Below, in pieces: positions 61,836 to 64,000 of a stretch of 64,000 bases of DNA (its first letter is position 1; every line of letters begins with the position of its first letter). Both the position numbers and the translations under genes were made by a program. Source of the stretch: Mobula hypostoma (lineage: Eukaryota); contig NC_086108.1 in the NCBI RefSeq assembly GCF_963921235.1, positions 42,658,001-42,722,000 of the forward strand, in the 5' to 3' direction. Below the pieces are notes generated by a model, which worked only from the letters and a program-made list of their open reading frames with translations, did not search any database and was not told the DNA's origin.

Positions 61836-63084
61836 ACAATGCTTTGCTAATCATTGTAGTTCTCTTAATTTTGTGGCTATCAATGCAGACTGATGGTTAT
61901 TACTGTTTTGTGCAACGTCTCACCAGCAAATGGAGCAAGACTTATTTCTCGCACAGTCTTTGCGACTGTTGGATGGGAAATATCAGTTTGGAGAAACATT
62001 AAATGAAGGACAGTGATGCTTCCTAATCTTCCTACAGCTAAGTTTCAAATGATAATTGTTTAACCAAAAAATTATATTATAGTCCTGTAAAGTTAGTTTT
62101 GTTTTAATGAATATTTTAATAAATGTGCATAAGGTATCATATGCAATAAAACTCAAGTAATCTGGGTAGGTTTGAGACTTCAGTGGTGTCAAACCAGCAG
62201 ATTGTAGGGACCATTAGATGGAATTCAAAATAATGGCATAATACACTTTTAAACAACGTTTTTATGAAGCTATAATACATTTTCTAGTGAACCCAGGAAT
62301 ATCAAGGGAATCGAGGGAAATGGGTCATGGTCAGTTCGAAGGGAGAGTGGAAACCAGGGCCCCAACTAATCAAAAGGGAGAATGGGAACTGGATCACGGG
62401 TGATTTGGAGTGTTATTGAGCTGAAAGACAATGGAATACCTGGGGTCCCATAAGAAGGGAGTGTGGGAATTGGGATGTTGGTGAATTGGAAGAGAGCACT
62501 GGAACTAGACCCCCAGTGAGTGTGGAAAGGGAGCATGGAAAGCAGCCCCACTGAGCCAGACTCCAAACAATTAAGATTTCCTAGAGAGGATTATTGGAAT
62601 TCTACTAAATACGAGCTTTAATATTTACTCCTGTCTGTTATAATCCCATAGTTGTAAAATATGTGCAGGGAACAAATAAAAGCTAAGGAACTTAACTAAG
62701 TATTACTTAAGATTTATTCCTGGCATATCATAAATATTAGAAATTACAAACTCGGAAATATATTTTATGCAATTTGATTCTTTTGTCTATCTATATCAAG
62801 CACATCTCATTTATCACCATTTCACAGAGCCTCTATGTCTGTGAGTTTTCATTTCTGGTCCATAAGATCACACTGCACCAGCCTAAGACTCAAACTGTTA
62901 AGCACAGTTTATCAAATGTCATGACTCAGGGAGCATCCCATGTCTACATAAGGGTATTCCCCCGGTTCAGTAGTTGAACCCACAACTTACCAAACAGAGT
63001 GCAAATACATACTGTATGTCTCCATTTCTTTTTAAGCCAGGACAATCTAACTTATTGGTCATGGGCTTACAAAATTAGAAAGGG

Positions 63085-63340
63085 CTGAGAACAGAGAGAG
63101 GTGAGGAGGAATTTCTTTAGCCAGAGGGTAGTGAATCCATGGAATTCTTTCCCACAGTCATCGGTGAAGAATAGATCATTGAGTATATTTAAAATGAAGG
63201 TTGATAGGTTCTTGATTAGTCAGGGTGTCAAAGATTATTGGGAGAAGGCAGGAGAATGGGATTGAGAGGAATAATAAATCAGCCAGTATGGAATGTCAGG
63301 GCAGGCTCGATGGTCTAATTTTGTTCCTATGTTTTATGAT
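63085..63340 (+). mobile_element. CR1 3'-end fragment
   Basis: RRNFFSQRVVN.WNS and CR1 3' UTR. Confidence 0.75.
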
Positions 63341-63484
63341 TTAAATTAATTAAAGGAGAACTTGGGCAGTGGATAAATACTGACTGAGAATTCTATTTTG
63401 TACTTCAGTAGAAGAATAGTCAAATGTAAATACTGTGGTATTCTGTTTTAAGATTAACAACTCTACGTAGCCACAAAACGAGAC

Positions 63485-63610
63485 ACAGGCAAGAAAAGAT
63501 CTGAAAGCAACACACATCAAAGTTCTGGTGAACGCAGCAGGCCAGGCAGCATCTCTAGGAAGAGGTGCAGTCGATGTTTCAGGCCGAGACCCTTTGTCAG
63601 GACTGGTCTG
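63485..63610 (-). mobile_element. Solo Penelope pLTR end with variant hammerhead (63568-63606)
   Basis: Highly similar to 18620-18728; minus strand CTGACAA-agggtctcggcct-GAAACATC. Confidence 0.85.
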
Positions 63611-64000
63611 AAATATTTGTTTCATGTAACAAGCACTGAAGAGTGCAATTATACTCCAGCTCGCAGACTGAGAACTTTAGTTGCATTTTGATTTTCAAGA
63701 AGTCAAAATCCTATATAGATTTCACTTGGCTTCTACATGAGTGGAAATATAACTGTCTTTAAGAAAGAAAGGACAGGTTTATGTGACCTGCATGTCTATT
63801 ATTGTCCTTAGTTAGAGCCTTCAGAAATGTGGGTATCGAGGGAGAGAGGGAGAGGAGAGCCATCCGCAGTACCACCGAAGCAGCAGAGAGGGCCTCAAGA
63901 TGGCTGTGGCTCAAAAGAGGGGAGCCATGGAGTCATAAGTAGCTAGCCATCTGGACACAAGCTGGAGTCTGATCAGCCCCGGCTGGGTCACCTGGAGGAG

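Noticed and set aside
38900..64000. A further host gene (for example PRPF38B or a second FNDC7 paralog) downstream
   Set aside because: No non-transposon exon or CpG-island promoter was recognisable. Small exons cannot be excluded by eye.
1..64000. CRISPR arrays, prokaryotic operons, rRNA or tRNA genes
   Set aside because: None seen. The DNA is intron-rich vertebrate sequence, and the tRNA-like pieces belong to SINE heads.

Overview
Eukaryotic, repeat-dense vertebrate DNA. The repeat families (CR1, Rex1/Babar, Penelope-like, V-SINE and Deu-SINE) point to a cartilaginous fish, probably a ray; this is an inference. Two host genes can be read. (1) The first coding exon and CpG-island promoter of an STXBP3/Munc18c-like gene lie on the minus strand (2865-2907), and that gene runs out of the left edge. 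(2) A complete 13-coding-exon FNDC7 gene lies on the plus strand (16082-38497; 2469 nt CDS, 822 aa) and encodes a signal peptide, nine fibronectin type III domains and a C-terminal VIYRGKR motif. The two genes are head-to-head. The rest is mostly transposable elements: a young Penelope-like element with ~500-bp inverted termini, a 16-bp TSD and hammerhead ribozyme motifs inside FNDC7 intron 3; a near-intact CR1 LINE; several nested insertions with readable TSDs; two non-coding LINE-derived short elements; Tc1 and hAT derivatives; and SINEs. I see no convincing wholly new biological system. The most interesting signals are the Penelope/hammerhead ribozyme family, the structured RTE-type short element, and several FNDC7 features (extra N-terminal FN3 exon, GC-AG intron, possible stop-codon intron, orientation relative to STXBP3). 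All family assignments come from motif recognition, not database searches.
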